From contig JANOQV010000065.1 in NCBI GenBank assembly GCA_031414955.1, positions 1-64,000 of the forward strand: DNA of 64,000 nt, in the 5' to 3' direction. Origin of the DNA: Pedosphaera sp. GTDB taxonomy: Bacteria > Verrucomicrobiota > Verrucomicrobiia > Limisphaerales > SIBH01. The notes beneath the pieces were generated by a model. It was not told the DNA's origin, did not search any database, and saw only the letters and a list, made by a program, of their open reading frames with translations. Of the stretch, positions 35,462 to 46,970 are shown in pieces. Each line of letters starts with the position of its first letter. Positions within the stretch are counted from its first letter, which is position 1. The translations under genes were made by a program, and so were the position numbers.

Positions 35462-36544
35462 TTACTGCGCCAGGTCTTTCGCAGAACTGACGCGGCCCTC
35501 GAGGGACTTCACGATCGGCAGCACTCGGGCCAGGGCGTTCTTTTCCGTCTGGCCGAAAAATGTGGTCAAGTTCACCTGGACCGCGCCCACTGTTTCACCG
35601 TTGCGATCACGCATTGGCATCGTCACCAGCACCGAGTCCGCGCCCTGGCCAAAGTAAGATCTGCCTTTCTCAATGCAGTCGCGCTCGACCTGGGCGCCGG
35701 GCGTGCCCAGATGCTTCTCCTCCGAGCTGCCGACCACCACCGTGCCATGCAGGTTCGTGGTCAGGCCGAAAATCTTCAAACCGAGCAGCCGTGGATTGGC
35801 CTTCATCGTGTCTCGCACCAGCGTCTGGGCGAAAGCCTCGCGGGGCGTGAAATCAATGCGCGCCTCGGTGAAGTACACGACCGAGTCTGCCTTGCTCCAG
35901 AAGCCGACCTTGCCGATGGGAAACACCCCTTTGCTCGTGCCATCCGGGAATGGAATGAGCTTCGGCTCCGTCCATGGAATCGTTTCCTGCCCGTTGAGCA
36001 ATGCCCGCAATTTGCTCCCGCGACACTCCACCACGAGCTGGTTCCACTCACTTTTCTTGACCGCCGCCGAGACCGAGATCGGACCGATGAGTTCACCCTC
36101 GACGTAACGGAAAAAGGCGACGTTCTGATCCTTGGCATTGGCTCGGATGTAATAGTAGTTGCGCTCGTCCTGAATCCGGAAGGCCACGCCCGCCATCTGC
36201 TCGATTTCGCCGCCGGCAATTTTGAAGCGCGTGGTGAAGGTGAAATCTTTGAAAACCTCGCCCTCGTAGATGAAGAGCGGCGCGCGGTTCTCATTGCGTT
36301 CGGCGGACAGTTGCCCAAGCACTCCGCGTTGAGTCACCACCGGTGACTTGGGAGAAAAGGGGGCCACCACCGGCGGAACGTCCACCATGCGGATGCGCCA
36401 CTCGCCGGGCTGCCCGCGCCCGGTGACCGCGCTGCGAAAGCCGGAGGGCGTCTCGTTCTCGCGAAACTCGCTAAAGTCAAAACTCCGTTCCGCCGCGAAC
36501 GAGCACGCGACGGAGAGCAGAACGAACAGAACGCTTCGGAACAT
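35462..36544 (-). CDS. Secreted DUF1080/ConA-like domain protein with C-terminal Cache/PDC-like segment
   Basis: Signal peptide; AGVAFRIQDERNYY, WNQLVVECRG, GKVGFWSK; C-terminal VTMPMRDRNGETVGAV. Confidence 0.7.
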   Translation of the reverse strand: MFRSVLFVLLSVACSFAAERSFDFSEFRENETPSGFRSAVTGRGQPGEWRIRMVDVPPVVAPFSPKSPVVTQRGVLGQLSAERNENRAPLFIYEGEVFKDFTFTTRFKIAGGEIEQMAGVAFRIQDERNYYYIRANAKDQNVAFFRYVEGELIGPISVSAAVKKSEWNQLVVECRGSKLRALLNGQETIPWTEPKLIPFPDGTSKGVFPIGKVGFWSKADSVVYFTEARIDFTPREAFAQTLVRDTMKANPRLLGLKIFGLTTNLHGTVVVGSSEEKHLGTPGAQVERDCIEKGRSYFGQGADSVLVTMPMRDRNGETVGAVQVNLTTFFGQTEKNALARVLPIVKSLEGRVSSAKDLAQ

Positions 36545-36614
36545 CCGGTGCAGACTAACAAAGGCGGCACCCCGGACAAGGCTTAGTCCGGGAACCGCAC
36601 TTGCCGGCTCGGAA

Positions 36615-37721
36615 TCAAATCCCCGCCGCAATCGCGTCGCCCATCTCCCGCGTGCCGGTTCTGCGGGCGGTGGGGTCAGCGGCGTTGAAGATGTCGCCCG
36701 TGCGCAGGCCGGAGTCGATGGCCTGCGCCACGGCTGTTTCAATGGCCTGGGCTGCGTCATTCAGCTTGAAGCTGTAGCGCAGCATCAGGGCGGTGGAGAG
36801 AATCTGCGCAATCGGGTTGGCCAGGTTTTTGCCCGCGATGTCCGGCGCAGTGCCGCCGGCTGGCTCATAAAATCCAAACGTCTGTTCCCCGCTCGTGGCC
36901 CCGAGGCTCGCGCTGGGCAACATGCCGAGCGAACCGGCCAGGGCCGCCGCCTCATCGCTGAGAATATCGCCGAACAGATTCTCGCAGAGCATCACGTCGA
37001 ACTGCGTCGGGCGGAGCATCAATTGCATGGCCGCGTTGTCCACGAACATGTGCTCCAGCGCCACGCCGGCATACTGCTTCCCGATGCGCGTCACCACCTC
37101 GCGCCAGAGGACGCCGTTCTCCAGCACATTCGCCTTGTCGATGCTGGTGACTTTTTTGCGGCGCAACTGCGCCGCGCGGAACGCGACGTGCGCGATGCGC
37201 TCAATCTCCGCCGTGGTGTAAACCATCGTGTCGATGGCGCGCTGCTGGCCGTTGCCCAAATCCTCGGTCTTCTTGGGCTGGCCGAAATACATGCCACCGG
37301 TCAACTCACGCACCACGAGGATGTCGATGCCATCGCCCTGACGGTCGAGACTCAACGGGCAGGAATGCGCCAGCGCCTTGGGCAGTTGCACCGGGCGCAA
37401 ATTGGCGAACAGGCCAAACTCCTTGCGAATGCGCAGCAGCGCCGCGCGCTCGGGGCGATCTTCCTTCGGGATGGTCGGATCGCGGTCGGGTAAACCGACG
37501 GAGCCGAACAAAATGGAATCAGACTTCTGGCACAGTTCGAGAGTCGCATCCGGCAGAGCCTTGCCCGCCGCGTCGATGCCCGCCCAGCCCACCGGGGCCT
37601 CGGTAATGTTGAAGTTTAGCGCGAATTTTTTCTCCACGGCGCGCAGCACCTTGATGGCCTCGCGCATCACTTCCGGGCCGATACCGTCCCCCGCGAGCGC
37701 GGCAATGTTGTAAGTCTTCAT
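36615..37721 (-). CDS. leuB: 3-isopropylmalate dehydrogenase
   Basis: [51 protein letters not shown]. Confidence 0.96.
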   Translation of the reverse strand: MKTYNIAALAGDGIGPEVMREAIKVLRAVEKKFALNFNITEAPVGWAGIDAAGKALPDATLELCQKSDSILFGSVGLPDRDPTIPKEDRPERAALLRIRKEFGLFANLRPVQLPKALAHSCPLSLDRQGDGIDILVVRELTGGMYFGQPKKTEDLGNGQQRAIDTMVYTTAEIERIAHVAFRAAQLRRKKVTSIDKANVLENGVLWREVVTRIGKQYAGVALEHMFVDNAAMQLMLRPTQFDVMLCENLFGDILSDEAAALAGSLGMLPSASLGATSGEQTFGFYEPAGGTAPDIAGKNLANPIAQILSTALMLRYSFKLNDAAQAIETAVAQAIDSGLRTGDIFNAADPTARRTGTREMGDAIAAGI

Positions 37722-37865
37722 TCCCAATTGGCGGCGTCCCTGTGCGGTGCCGGTTCGTTGCAGTCTGGAGTCGCGCGGCGTTCACAGCACGCCACGATGT
37801 TTCAAGGGGCGGGAGACTAGGAGCAGGAAAACGGCGAGTGAAGAACGAAGTTTCTAGCCGGTGAA

Positions 37866-38150
37866 TTATTCGCCCGGCTTGTCGGGGGATTCGCCTTCCA
37901 ACTCGTTCAAGGTGCGTTGAATGAGTTCCTCGTGCTCCTGCCGCGCCCGTTTGCGCGTGGCCCGCAGGTCGAGCAGGGCGGTAATGACTGCGGCGATCGT
38001 GAATAAGAAGCAGACCATCCAGTAAATCAGAAACGGGACGTCCTTCAGTTTGTCCTGCAAGACAGTGCGGCCCCAGACGAGCAGTCCAAACGAGAGGGCG
38101 AGGAAACAAAGTCCCAGCCAGCGGCGCAAGGCATCGGCAGAAGTTGGCAT
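37866..38150 (-). CDS. Small two-TM membrane protein
   Basis: Two hydrophobic segments and a charged tail; TTGGGC-N17-TAAGGT 6 nt upstream of the ATG. Confidence 0.75.
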   Translation of the reverse strand: MPTSADALRRWLGLCFLALSFGLLVWGRTVLQDKLKDVPFLIYWMVCFLFTIAAVITALLDLRATRKRARQEHEELIQRTLNELEGESPDKPGE

Positions 38151-38241
38151 GGCGAAACCTTAGCCCAGGCGGCCGGCCGGCCCAAGGGAGAAATCCACGC
38201 CCGGGCGGTGCGTGAATACCCATCTCGGCCTGTTCGTATTC

Positions 38242-39861
38242 TTACGGCCGACCCTGCGGATCGGGCCATGCGCCTGAGTTACTTCCAAACAGCGCCACGA
38301 CCTTCGCGTGCGTCCGAACCATCGGCCATTCTCCTTCCACAACGATCCGGCCGCGCTCCAGAAACAATCCATGCGTGATGCACGCCGGCAGGTCGTCCAA
38401 GTGATGCGTCACCACCAGCAACTGCGTGCCGAGCGCAGCCACCCTTTCCAGCGCCGCACGGAAGTCGCGCCGCGACTCCGCGTCCAGTCCATCGAACGGT
38501 TCGTCGAAGATGATCAGCTCCGGATCGTGAACCAGGGCGCGCAGCGTGAGCACCTTGCGCAGTTCACCAAACGACATGGCGAGCATGGACCGCGATTGGA
38601 GATGGCTCAGGCTGAACTCGCGCAACAACGCCCGGGCCCGGCGAAGCTGGGTCGGCGACGGTTTCTCCATCAGGCCGACGCTGGAGAAAAAGCCCGAGGC
38701 CACCACTTCTTCGCCCGTGACCTGCTCGCGGTAATGCGTTTGCAGCAGCGGCGACACGCAGCCAATGCGCCGCCGCAAATCCCAAATGGTGTTGTCAGCC
38801 TTAAGCTCGAATCGTGCGACGCGCGAGCCAAACGCCGGATACAGATCGCTGGCGATGAGTTTCAGGAAAGTCGTCTTGCCCGCGCCGTTCCCGCCCAGCA
38901 CCGCCCAATGCTCGCCCCGTCGAAGTTGCCAGCAAATGCCTTGAAGCACCTTGGTGCGGTCGAGAAAAACATCCGCATTCTCGATTTGGATGAGTGGCAT
39001 CTGCGATGGGCCAGCTTTTCGAGGGTGCGATGCCTGGCCTCCCTCTCCCCCCCCCGGGGAGAGGGAATGAGGGTGAGGGGTGGTCCGTCTCGAAGCATTG
39101 GACTTGGTCCGAACGGTTGCGACGTTCCCACCCCTCACCCCGGCCCACTCCCCGTGGAGGGGAGAGGGAGAACCGACGGTACACATCCGGCCCCCGGCAA
39201 ACTCCACCGCATGGGTGATGACCGAGAGCGGTTCATCGGCCCGGTGCGTCGTATAAACGATCTGCGTCCCGTGGCGCGCAATCGCTTCGACCATGTGCAG
39301 CAGCCCGGTCCGAAACGCCGTGTCCAGTCCGTCACAGACTTCATCCAGCAGCAGCACCGCTGGACGAGCCACCACGGCGCGCGCGATGAGCACCTTGCGC
39401 AACTCGCCGGTGGACAGCGACTGCATGTCGCGATTCATCAGCGGTTCAATCTTCAGCTCCTCCGCCCGCGTCTCGGCGCGAAGTTTCTGATCGCGCGTGA
39501 GTTTCAGGTAGAGCATGTCCGACTGCGCGAAGCCGGTGTGGATCACGTCGCGGGCGGTCATGCGCCATTCCTGCTGGAGATAACGCTCCTGGGTCTCGGG
39601 CGAGACGAGTGCGATGTGCCGGCGCACTTCGATGGCCGTCATTTGAGTGGAGCCGTCGAGACGGTAGAGGCGTTCGCCGCGATTGGGCGCGGGCCAAACT
39701 TCGCCCCGGAGCAGGCGCAGGAAGGTGCTTTTGCCGGAGCCATTCGGGCCGTGGATCATCCAGTGCTCGCCGCGGCGCAGTTTCCACGTCACGCCGCGCA
39801 GCACAGTTTGGCCGCCGAGGGCCACGTCCACATCGCGAAGTTCAATCAGCGCGTCGTCCAT
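38242..39861 (-). CDS. ModF-like duplicated ABC ATP-binding protein
   Basis: Two ABC domains: GPNGSGKS/LSTGE/LLLDE and GGNGAGKT/MSFGE/IIFDEP. Confidence 0.9.
   Translation of the reverse strand: MDDALIELRDVDVALGGQTVLRGVTWKLRRGEHWMIHGPNGSGKSTFLRLLRGEVWPAPNRGERLYRLDGSTQMTAIEVRRHIALVSPETQERYLQQEWRMTARDVIHTGFAQSDMLYLKLTRDQKLRAETRAEELKIEPLMNRDMQSLSTGELRKVLIARAVVARPAVLLLDEVCDGLDTAFRTGLLHMVEAIARHGTQIVYTTHRADEPLSVITHAVEFAGGRMCTVGSPSPLHGEWAGVRGGNVATVRTKSNASRRTTPHPHSLSPGGGEGGQASHPRKAGPSQMPLIQIENADVFLDRTKVLQGICWQLRRGEHWAVLGGNGAGKTTFLKLIASDLYPAFGSRVARFELKADNTIWDLRRRIGCVSPLLQTHYREQVTGEEVVASGFFSSVGLMEKPSPTQLRRARALLREFSLSHLQSRSMLAMSFGELRKVLTLRALVHDPELIIFDEPFDGLDAESRRDFRAALERVAALGTQLLVVTHHLDDLPACITHGLFLERGRIVVEGEWPMVRTHAKVVALFGSNSGAWPDPQGRP
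39039..39170. repeat. Palindromic element of the same family as 16283-16414, in-frame in the ABC gene linker
   Basis: CTCCCTCTCCCC..GGGGAGAGGG..GGGTGAGGGG ... CCCCTCACCCC..GGGGAGAGGGAG; encodes SPSPLHGEWAGVRG...PHPHSLSPGGGEG. Confidence 0.82.
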
Positions 39862-39888
39862 CGGTGCCGGAAGACAAGAAATTCCGCG

Positions 39889-42690
39889 CTAGACCGCGTG
39901 GCCTGACTGCGCACCGTCGGCGTTCCCAGAGTCGAGGTCGATGAGGATGTCGCGCGGTTCGGCGCCCTTGCTTGGCCCGACGATGCCGCGGTTCTCCAGT
40001 TCGTCCATGATGCGCGCGGCGCGGCCGTAGCCCAACTTGAGACGACGTTGCAGCAACGAGACGCTGGCCTTCTGCTCGCTGCGGATGACCTCGATGCAGT
40101 TCTCGATGATCTCCTCGTCCTCGTCGCAGTTGCTTTCGTCGGGATTGAAGCCCTGGCCGGTGCTGCCCTGCATCTTCTGGAGGGCGTTGTGGATTTCCAA
40201 CTCGTAGCTCGGCTTGCCCTGCTTGGCGATGAAATCAACGATGTCCTGCAACTCCTTATCGGTGATGAGCGCGCCCTGGGCGCGATTGAGTTTCGCGCTG
40301 CCAGGCGGCAAGAAAATCATGTCGCCCTTGCCCAGCAGCTTGTCCGCGCCCATCGCATCGAGAATCGTCCGCGAGTCCACGCGGCTCGCGACCTGAAACG
40401 CGATGCGCGCCGGGATGTTCGCCTTGATCACGCCGGTAATCACGTCCACCGACGGACGCTGCGTGGCCACGATGCAATGAATGCCGGCGGCCCGCGCCAT
40501 CTGCGTGATGCGCGCGATGGCCATTTCCACATCAGCCGGCGCGACGAGCATCAGGTCCGCCAGTTCGTCGATGATCACCACGATGTAGCTCAGGCGATCC
40601 GGGATCACGATGTCCTCGTCGCGCGGCACCACGATCTGCTCGTCCAGTTCCACGGCGAAGCCGTCGGAGTTGGCCTCGATCTTTTCCTTCTTGGCCATGA
40701 GCGGCAGCTCCGGCTCGGATGCGGGGAGCGGCTTATCCTTGGGGCGCGAGTTGAAGGAGGCGACGTTACGCACGCCGACCCGGGCAAAAATCTGGTAGCG
40801 CTTCTCCATCTCGTTCACGACCCAGCGCAGCGCGAGGATGACCTTCTTCGGATCGGTGACGACCGGCACGACGAGGTGCGGCAGGGCGTTGTATTGTTGA
40901 AGCTCGACGACCTTGGGATCGATCATCACGAAGCGAAGCTGGTCGGGTGAAAACTTGTAGAGCAGCGACGCGACAATGGAGTTGATGCAGACGGATTTGC
41001 CCGAGCCGGTGCTGCCGGCGATGAGCATGTGCGGCATCTCCGCCAGGTCGGCGATGATGGGATGGCCGTAAACATCCTTGCCCAGGGCGAGCGGGATGCG
41101 CGCCTTGGTGTTCTTCCATTCCTCGGACTCAAGGAGGTCGCGCATGATGACCTTGGTCTTGATCAAGTTGGGCACCTCGATGCCCACGGAGGATTTCCCC
41201 GGCACCGGGGCCAGGATGTGAATGCGCTCGGCCTTGAGCGCGGCGGCGATGTTGTTCGAGAGCGCGGAAATTTTTTCCAGCTTCACCCCCGGCGCGGGAT
41301 GCAGCTCGTAGCGCGTGATGGTCGGGCCCTTGGTGATGTCGCCGAGCTGCACCTCGATGTCGAACTGGGCCAGGGTCTGCTGCATGAGGCGGGCGCGCTC
41401 CATGAGCTGCTCCTTGGTTTCGGAGGGAACGAGATTCGGTTCGGGCAGGTTCAGGAGGTCGAGCGGCGGCAACTGGTAGTTGCCGATGAGCGGCGTGCTC
41501 GCGACGGTGATGGGCTTCTTCTTCGGTGCCACGCGGGGCCTCGGGAGCGACGCCGGGATTGTGGACGGCACGGCCTCATCGGCGACGGGAGCATTGGCCG
41601 CCGCGAAGGCCGGCTGGCCATCGACGGTGATGACCGGCTCGGGCAAGGGCGGGCGTTCCTCCGTGGCTTCCTTCGAATCGGCCGCCGGCTTGCCCTTGGC
41701 GTCTTTGGATTTGCCGAGGATGTCGCTCGTGCTGGCGGCGGCGATCTCGGTCGCGGGAATGACGACACCTTCATCGGCCGGTAAAATTACCCTGGGCAGT
41801 TCGGGTTTGCTCCGGCCCGGTTTCGCGCTCTTGGCCTGCGTGATACTCAGGTCGCGCACGGACGGCTCGGGCACGGGTTGGAGATCCGCGCCCAAGGGGA
41901 TTCTCTCCCCTTCGATCTCCTGCTCGTCGCCCTTGAGCAGCTTCTCGGGTTTGGCGGGCTTGTCCGCCTTCTTCGTTTTCTCGGCCTGTTCCTGCAATTT
42001 CTTCGCCTGCTTCTCCAGATCCCGAGCCCGGCGGCTGAGGTCGCGTTCCTCTTCGGACAAGTCCGGATCGTCGTCGCTCTTCTTTCCCATCATGGTGCGC
42101 AACCAAAGGCCAAGCTTGAAGTTGGTCAGATAAAGCAGACTGACGGCGTAAATGGTGAGGTAGATGATGGTCGCTCCGGAACGTCCGAATTTCCCAAACA
42201 CTTGGTTCATCAAGACACCGACAACTCCACCCGCGCTGGCCGCGCCCAGATTTCGAGCGGTGCGTTCAAAGAAACCCGCACTCGCCAATTTCGGATTTGT
42301 TCCCAACTGCGTCATGATTCTCTCGTCCGTGAACAAGGAGAGAAAACCCACACAGCACAGAAACAAGGCCACCGCCCAAGGCCACCGCCGACGCAGGTAG
42401 TGCAACGAGTTGAAGAAGCAGCCAATGCCAAACAGTGCGCAAAGAATTGGGACGACAAACGCACCGGCCCCAAATGCTTGAAAAAATTTGTGCGCCAACC
42501 ACGCCCCAACTGGTCCAATCCAATTGTGCGGCGTTTGATTGCTGTTGGTCGCGGTTTCCAGCACGTCCTTCGGCTCAAAGGAGGTCATGGCGATGAACAA
42601 GAGCAGCGCCACAGCCAGCAGGACGACACCGATGATGTCGTTGATGCCGCGGTGGTGCTCAGGAGTGCGTTCCGATTCTTTCCGTGCCAC
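39889..42690 (-). CDS. ftsK: DNA translocase FtsK
   Basis: N-terminal TM domain, PHMLIAGSTGSGKS, IIDELADLM, ATQRPSVDVITG, gamma domain SVSLLQRRLKLGYGRAARIMD. Confidence 0.96.
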   Translation of the reverse strand: MARKESERTPEHHRGINDIIGVVLLAVALLLFIAMTSFEPKDVLETATNSNQTPHNWIGPVGAWLAHKFFQAFGAGAFVVPILCALFGIGCFFNSLHYLRRRWPWAVALFLCCVGFLSLFTDERIMTQLGTNPKLASAGFFERTARNLGAASAGGVVGVLMNQVFGKFGRSGATIIYLTIYAVSLLYLTNFKLGLWLRTMMGKKSDDDPDLSEEERDLSRRARDLEKQAKKLQEQAEKTKKADKPAKPEKLLKGDEQEIEGERIPLGADLQPVPEPSVRDLSITQAKSAKPGRSKPELPRVILPADEGVVIPATEIAAASTSDILGKSKDAKGKPAADSKEATEERPPLPEPVITVDGQPAFAAANAPVADEAVPSTIPASLPRPRVAPKKKPITVASTPLIGNYQLPPLDLLNLPEPNLVPSETKEQLMERARLMQQTLAQFDIEVQLGDITKGPTITRYELHPAPGVKLEKISALSNNIAAALKAERIHILAPVPGKSSVGIEVPNLIKTKVIMRDLLESEEWKNTKARIPLALGKDVYGHPIIADLAEMPHMLIAGSTGSGKSVCINSIVASLLYKFSPDQLRFVMIDPKVVELQQYNALPHLVVPVVTDPKKVILALRWVVNEMEKRYQIFARVGVRNVASFNSRPKDKPLPASEPELPLMAKKEKIEANSDGFAVELDEQIVVPRDEDIVIPDRLSYIVVIIDELADLMLVAPADVEMAIARITQMARAAGIHCIVATQRPSVDVITGVIKANIPARIAFQVASRVDSRTILDAMGADKLLGKGDMIFLPPGSAKLNRAQGALITDKELQDIVDFIAKQGKPSYELEIHNALQKMQGSTGQGFNPDESNCDEDEEIIENCIEVIRSEQKASVSLLQRRLKLGYGRAARIMDELENRGIVGPSKGAEPRDILIDLDSGNADGAQSGHAV

Positions 42691-42873
42691 AGGCCGGCAG
42701 AGTAGTCGGGCGCGGGGGCGGGTCAAAGTTGAAAGTGCGGGCGAGGCCAAAGGAAGACGACCGTCCTCGCAGCGCGGGCCGCGCCGGGTCGGAAAAGGCC
42801 CGGGCCGCACGGGAAGGCTGTGGGGCGTTTATTTGATGTCTGGTGGCTGGGGTTTGGTGTTTCATCTCCTCCC

Positions 42874-44619
42874 ATGTCCGACGAGGCATCACCGTCCCGT
42901 GCGCCGGGGCCGCTCACGCTGCTCCTGGGGGTGAGCGCGCGGCAGTCCTGGCGGCGGCTCCGCGCCATCCGCCAGCAGTCGCGGCTGCTCACGGTGGTCG
43001 TCGCGCTCTTCATGGTGGGTTACCTGGCGCTGGCTTTTTGGCTTTTCCTGCAAGGGCTGTGGTTCGTGGCCCGGTTCCCCGGCCTGGGCAATCTCCTGAT
43101 CGAACGCCTGCTCTTTCTGCTTTTCGCCTTTCTCTTTCTGTTGCTGGTGCTGAGCAATCTGGTCATCAGCTACACCAACCTGTTTCGCAACAAGGAGGCG
43201 GCGGCCTTGATGACGCTACCGGTCCCGGCGCAGACGATCTTCCGCTGGAAGATGATTGAATCCTCGCTGCTGGCCTCCTGGGCTTTCCTGTTCCTCATCG
43301 CACCCTTTCTGGCGGCCTACGGAATCACACGGCACCTGCCGTGGCATTTCTATCCCTTCACCGTGGGGTTGATCGGCTTGTTCATCATCCTGCCGGCGGT
43401 GGTGGGGGCGGTGCTGGCCACGGTGGTGGCGCGCTATCTGGATCGCCGAGGGTTCCAGATCGGGGCGGTGGTGCTGGTGCTGGCGCTGGTGGGGTTGGCG
43501 GGATGGTGGCTGGGCACCGATCCCAGCCCGGAGGAGAGCACCGAGACGCGGGTGCTGGCCTTGCTCGATCAGATGCTGACCCGGACTCGCCCGGCGCAGT
43601 TTCCCCTGCTGCCAAGCTACTGGCTTTCCTCCAGCGTGCTGCAGTGGGCCGAGGGCGCGCTGGAGGCGGCGTGCTTCTTCGCTCTGGTACTGTTGAGCAA
43701 CGCGCTCTTTTTTGGCTCGCTGGCCTTCTGTTTCACCGGAGATTTTTTCTACCACGCCTGGTCGGCGGCGCAGAGCCGGAGCAGCGCCTTCCGGCGCTGG
43801 CGGTGGTTCCAAGTCTGGCAGCGCAACCAGCAGTCGGCGGAGGGCGGGCCGGGACTGATCGAAAGGCTGGTGGCGCTCATCCCACGACTGCCGCCGGACG
43901 TGCAGGCGTTGGTGGTGAAGGACGCGCGGATGTTCTGGCGCGACACCTCCCAATGGGGCCAGTCCCTCATGCTCTTCGGGTTGCTGGGTGTTTACATCCT
44001 CAACCTCCGCCATTTTACCCAGCAGCTCACCAGTCCCTACTGGATCAACCTCGTGGCCTTTCTGAATCTGGGCGCCTGCGCGTTAAACCTCGCCACCCTG
44101 ACCACACGCTTTGTCTATCCGCAGTTTTCGCTCGAAGGCAAACGGCTCTGGATCGTCGGCATGGCCCCGCTCGGTTTGAGGCGCGTCGTCCAGGCCAAGT
44201 ACATCATGGCCAGCGCCGCCTCCCTGGGCGTGACCTTCGGCCTGGTCTGGCTCTCCTGCCACATGCTCGACATGGACGGATCGCGCACATTTTTTTTCAC
44301 CGGGGCCATCGCCGTGATGACCTTCACTCTCAACGGCCTGGCCATGGGGTTGGGCGTGCTTTACCCGAACTTGCGCGAGGAGAATCCGGGCAAGATCGTG
44401 AGCGGCTTCGGCGGCACCTTCTGCCTTGTGCTCAGTTTTCTCTACATCCTCGGCTCGGTGGCACTGCTGGCTTTCGGCGCGCCCTGGAAGCTGGCGGGCG
44501 GCCCGGAGGCCATCGCGCGCACCGTGATGTGCCTGAGCGGTTTCGGCGTGCTCTCGTTCGCCTTGGGCTGGGTGCCGTATCAAATCGGACTGCAGCGGGT
44601 GAAAGGGTTTGAAATGTGA
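42874..44619 (+). CDS. Multi-TM putative ABC transporter permease
   Basis: About 12 hydrophobic segments; KDARMFWRD, FSLEGKRLWI. Confidence 0.8.
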   Translation: MSDEASPSRAPGPLTLLLGVSARQSWRRLRAIRQQSRLLTVVVALFMVGYLALAFWLFLQGLWFVARFPGLGNLLIERLLFLLFAFLFLLLVLSNLVISYTNLFRNKEAAALMTLPVPAQTIFRWKMIESSLLASWAFLFLIAPFLAAYGITRHLPWHFYPFTVGLIGLFIILPAVVGAVLATVVARYLDRRGFQIGAVVLVLALVGLAGWWLGTDPSPEESTETRVLALLDQMLTRTRPAQFPLLPSYWLSSSVLQWAEGALEAACFFALVLLSNALFFGSLAFCFTGDFFYHAWSAAQSRSSAFRRWRWFQVWQRNQQSAEGGPGLIERLVALIPRLPPDVQALVVKDARMFWRDTSQWGQSLMLFGLLGVYILNLRHFTQQLTSPYWINLVAFLNLGACALNLATLTTRFVYPQFSLEGKRLWIVGMAPLGLRRVVQAKYIMASAASLGVTFGLVWLSCHMLDMDGSRTFFFTGAIAVMTFTLNGLAMGLGVLYPNLREENPGKIVSGFGGTFCLVLSFLYILGSVALLAFGAPWKLAGGPEAIARTVMCLSGFGVLSFALGWVPYQIGLQRVKGFEM

Positions 44620-44696
44620 ACGGGCCGCCCGAGGCTGAATGCGCGCCTGGCTTCTATTCCATTTTCAAGCGGAGGCCTCCGTGTTTCAGTCCGCGC

Positions 44697-44909
44697 ATGG
44701 ACGACGCGTTACAACGGCTGGAGAGGATCGAATCGCACCTGGCGCATCTCGAGAAGCAATACGAGGAACTGAACCAGGTGGCCATCGCGCAGGGCCGGCT
44801 GCTGGCGCGTTTGCAGAAGGAGTGCGCCCAGGTCTCGGACAGCGTGGGCACCTTCGAGTTGGAACGCATTCGCGCCAACAACGCCAAGCCGCCGCATTAC
44901 CAGGCCTGA
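44697..44909 (+). CDS. slyX: SlyX family protein
   Basis: RLERIESHLAHLE...EELN, C-terminal KPPHY. Confidence 0.85.
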   Translation: MDDALQRLERIESHLAHLEKQYEELNQVAIAQGRLLARLQKECAQVSDSVGTFELERIRANNAKPPHYQA

Positions 44910-44980
44910 AGCCAGCCGCGCATTCAAAACCTTTGCGGGTCGGCACTCGCCGCCCGCAACGCGGAAACCCCGTGGTCTTT

Positions 44981-45123
44981 ATTTTTCTGCCGGCAAATCT
45001 TTCTGCCACCACGGCAGGTGAACCGTAACGGTTCAACAGAAGAACGCTTGCCTTCCATCCCGCTCTACAGAAACGTTTTCCAACCTGGAGGGCGGGGGTG
45101 GAAAGATGTCCCGGCAGAAAAAT
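44981..45123. repeat. Two half-copies of the GGCAGAAAGAT-N5-GGCAGAAAAAT repeat
   Basis: atttttctgccggcaaatctttctgcc (44981-45007) and ggtggaaagatgtcccggcagaaaaat (~45097-45123). Confidence 0.7.
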
Positions 45124-45201
45124 GCAGCGGCAGCCCTCGCGACTGCGTGAACCCGCCCTCGCTGTGCCAAGCCCGAAGTTTTGGACGCAGCCTCAAGGTG
45201 G

Positions 45202-45232
45202 AAAACAAAAAGGGGCGTGTGACCACGCCCCT
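45202..45232 (-). terminator. Intrinsic terminator after pfk
   Basis: 9-bp stem AGGGGCGTG/CACGCCCCT with a 4-nt loop, followed by a T-rich tract on the minus strand. Confidence 0.75.
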
Positions 45233-45259
45233 CAAGATCAACAGACTTGCCGACCAGTC

Positions 45260-46531
<1,272 letters not shown>

Positions 46532-46668
46532 AAGGCCGCGCACAGTGCCAACCGTGCCGGGCAGTGTCAAAATGAATTCCGGCGACGGTGGTTGTCATCA
46601 GGGCGTATGCACCAAGCCGAGGAAAGAACTGTGGGAGCAGGGGCGGGCGAGCCGGGACGCGCAGCTCA

Positions 46669-46768
46669 GGGCAGGAAGATTTCCTGGCAGAAAAATAGGC
46701 CGGGACAAAAGTCCGCCGGGCTGTCCGATTTCTCCCCCTCATTTTTCTGCCAGCAAATCTTTCTGCCC
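46669..46768. repeat. 100-bp inverted-repeat element, 28-bp arms
   Basis: gggcaggaagatttcctggcagaaaaat ... atttttctgccagcaaatctttctgccc (26/28 complementary). Confidence 0.85.
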
Positions 46769-46970
46769 GTCTGGGCTGCTGGCGCTGAAAAGTCAGGAAC
46801 GGGGCCTGGCCAGGAAGTTCCCATGGCGCGTCTGCTCCACGGGTTGACCGGGTGCGTGAATTCGCCCTGGGTTCTCATGGTCCATCCGTCCAGGTTTGTC
46901 GCCGCCGACCAAAACCCTCCGGTCAAAACCCTCCTTGCCAACACGGGGCGGCATTTCTACTTTCCCGCCC

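Noticed and set aside
37722..37830. Leucine attenuator or leader before leuB
   Set aside because: Only a small GGCGT/ACGCC hairpin; no Leu-rich leader peptide or terminator.
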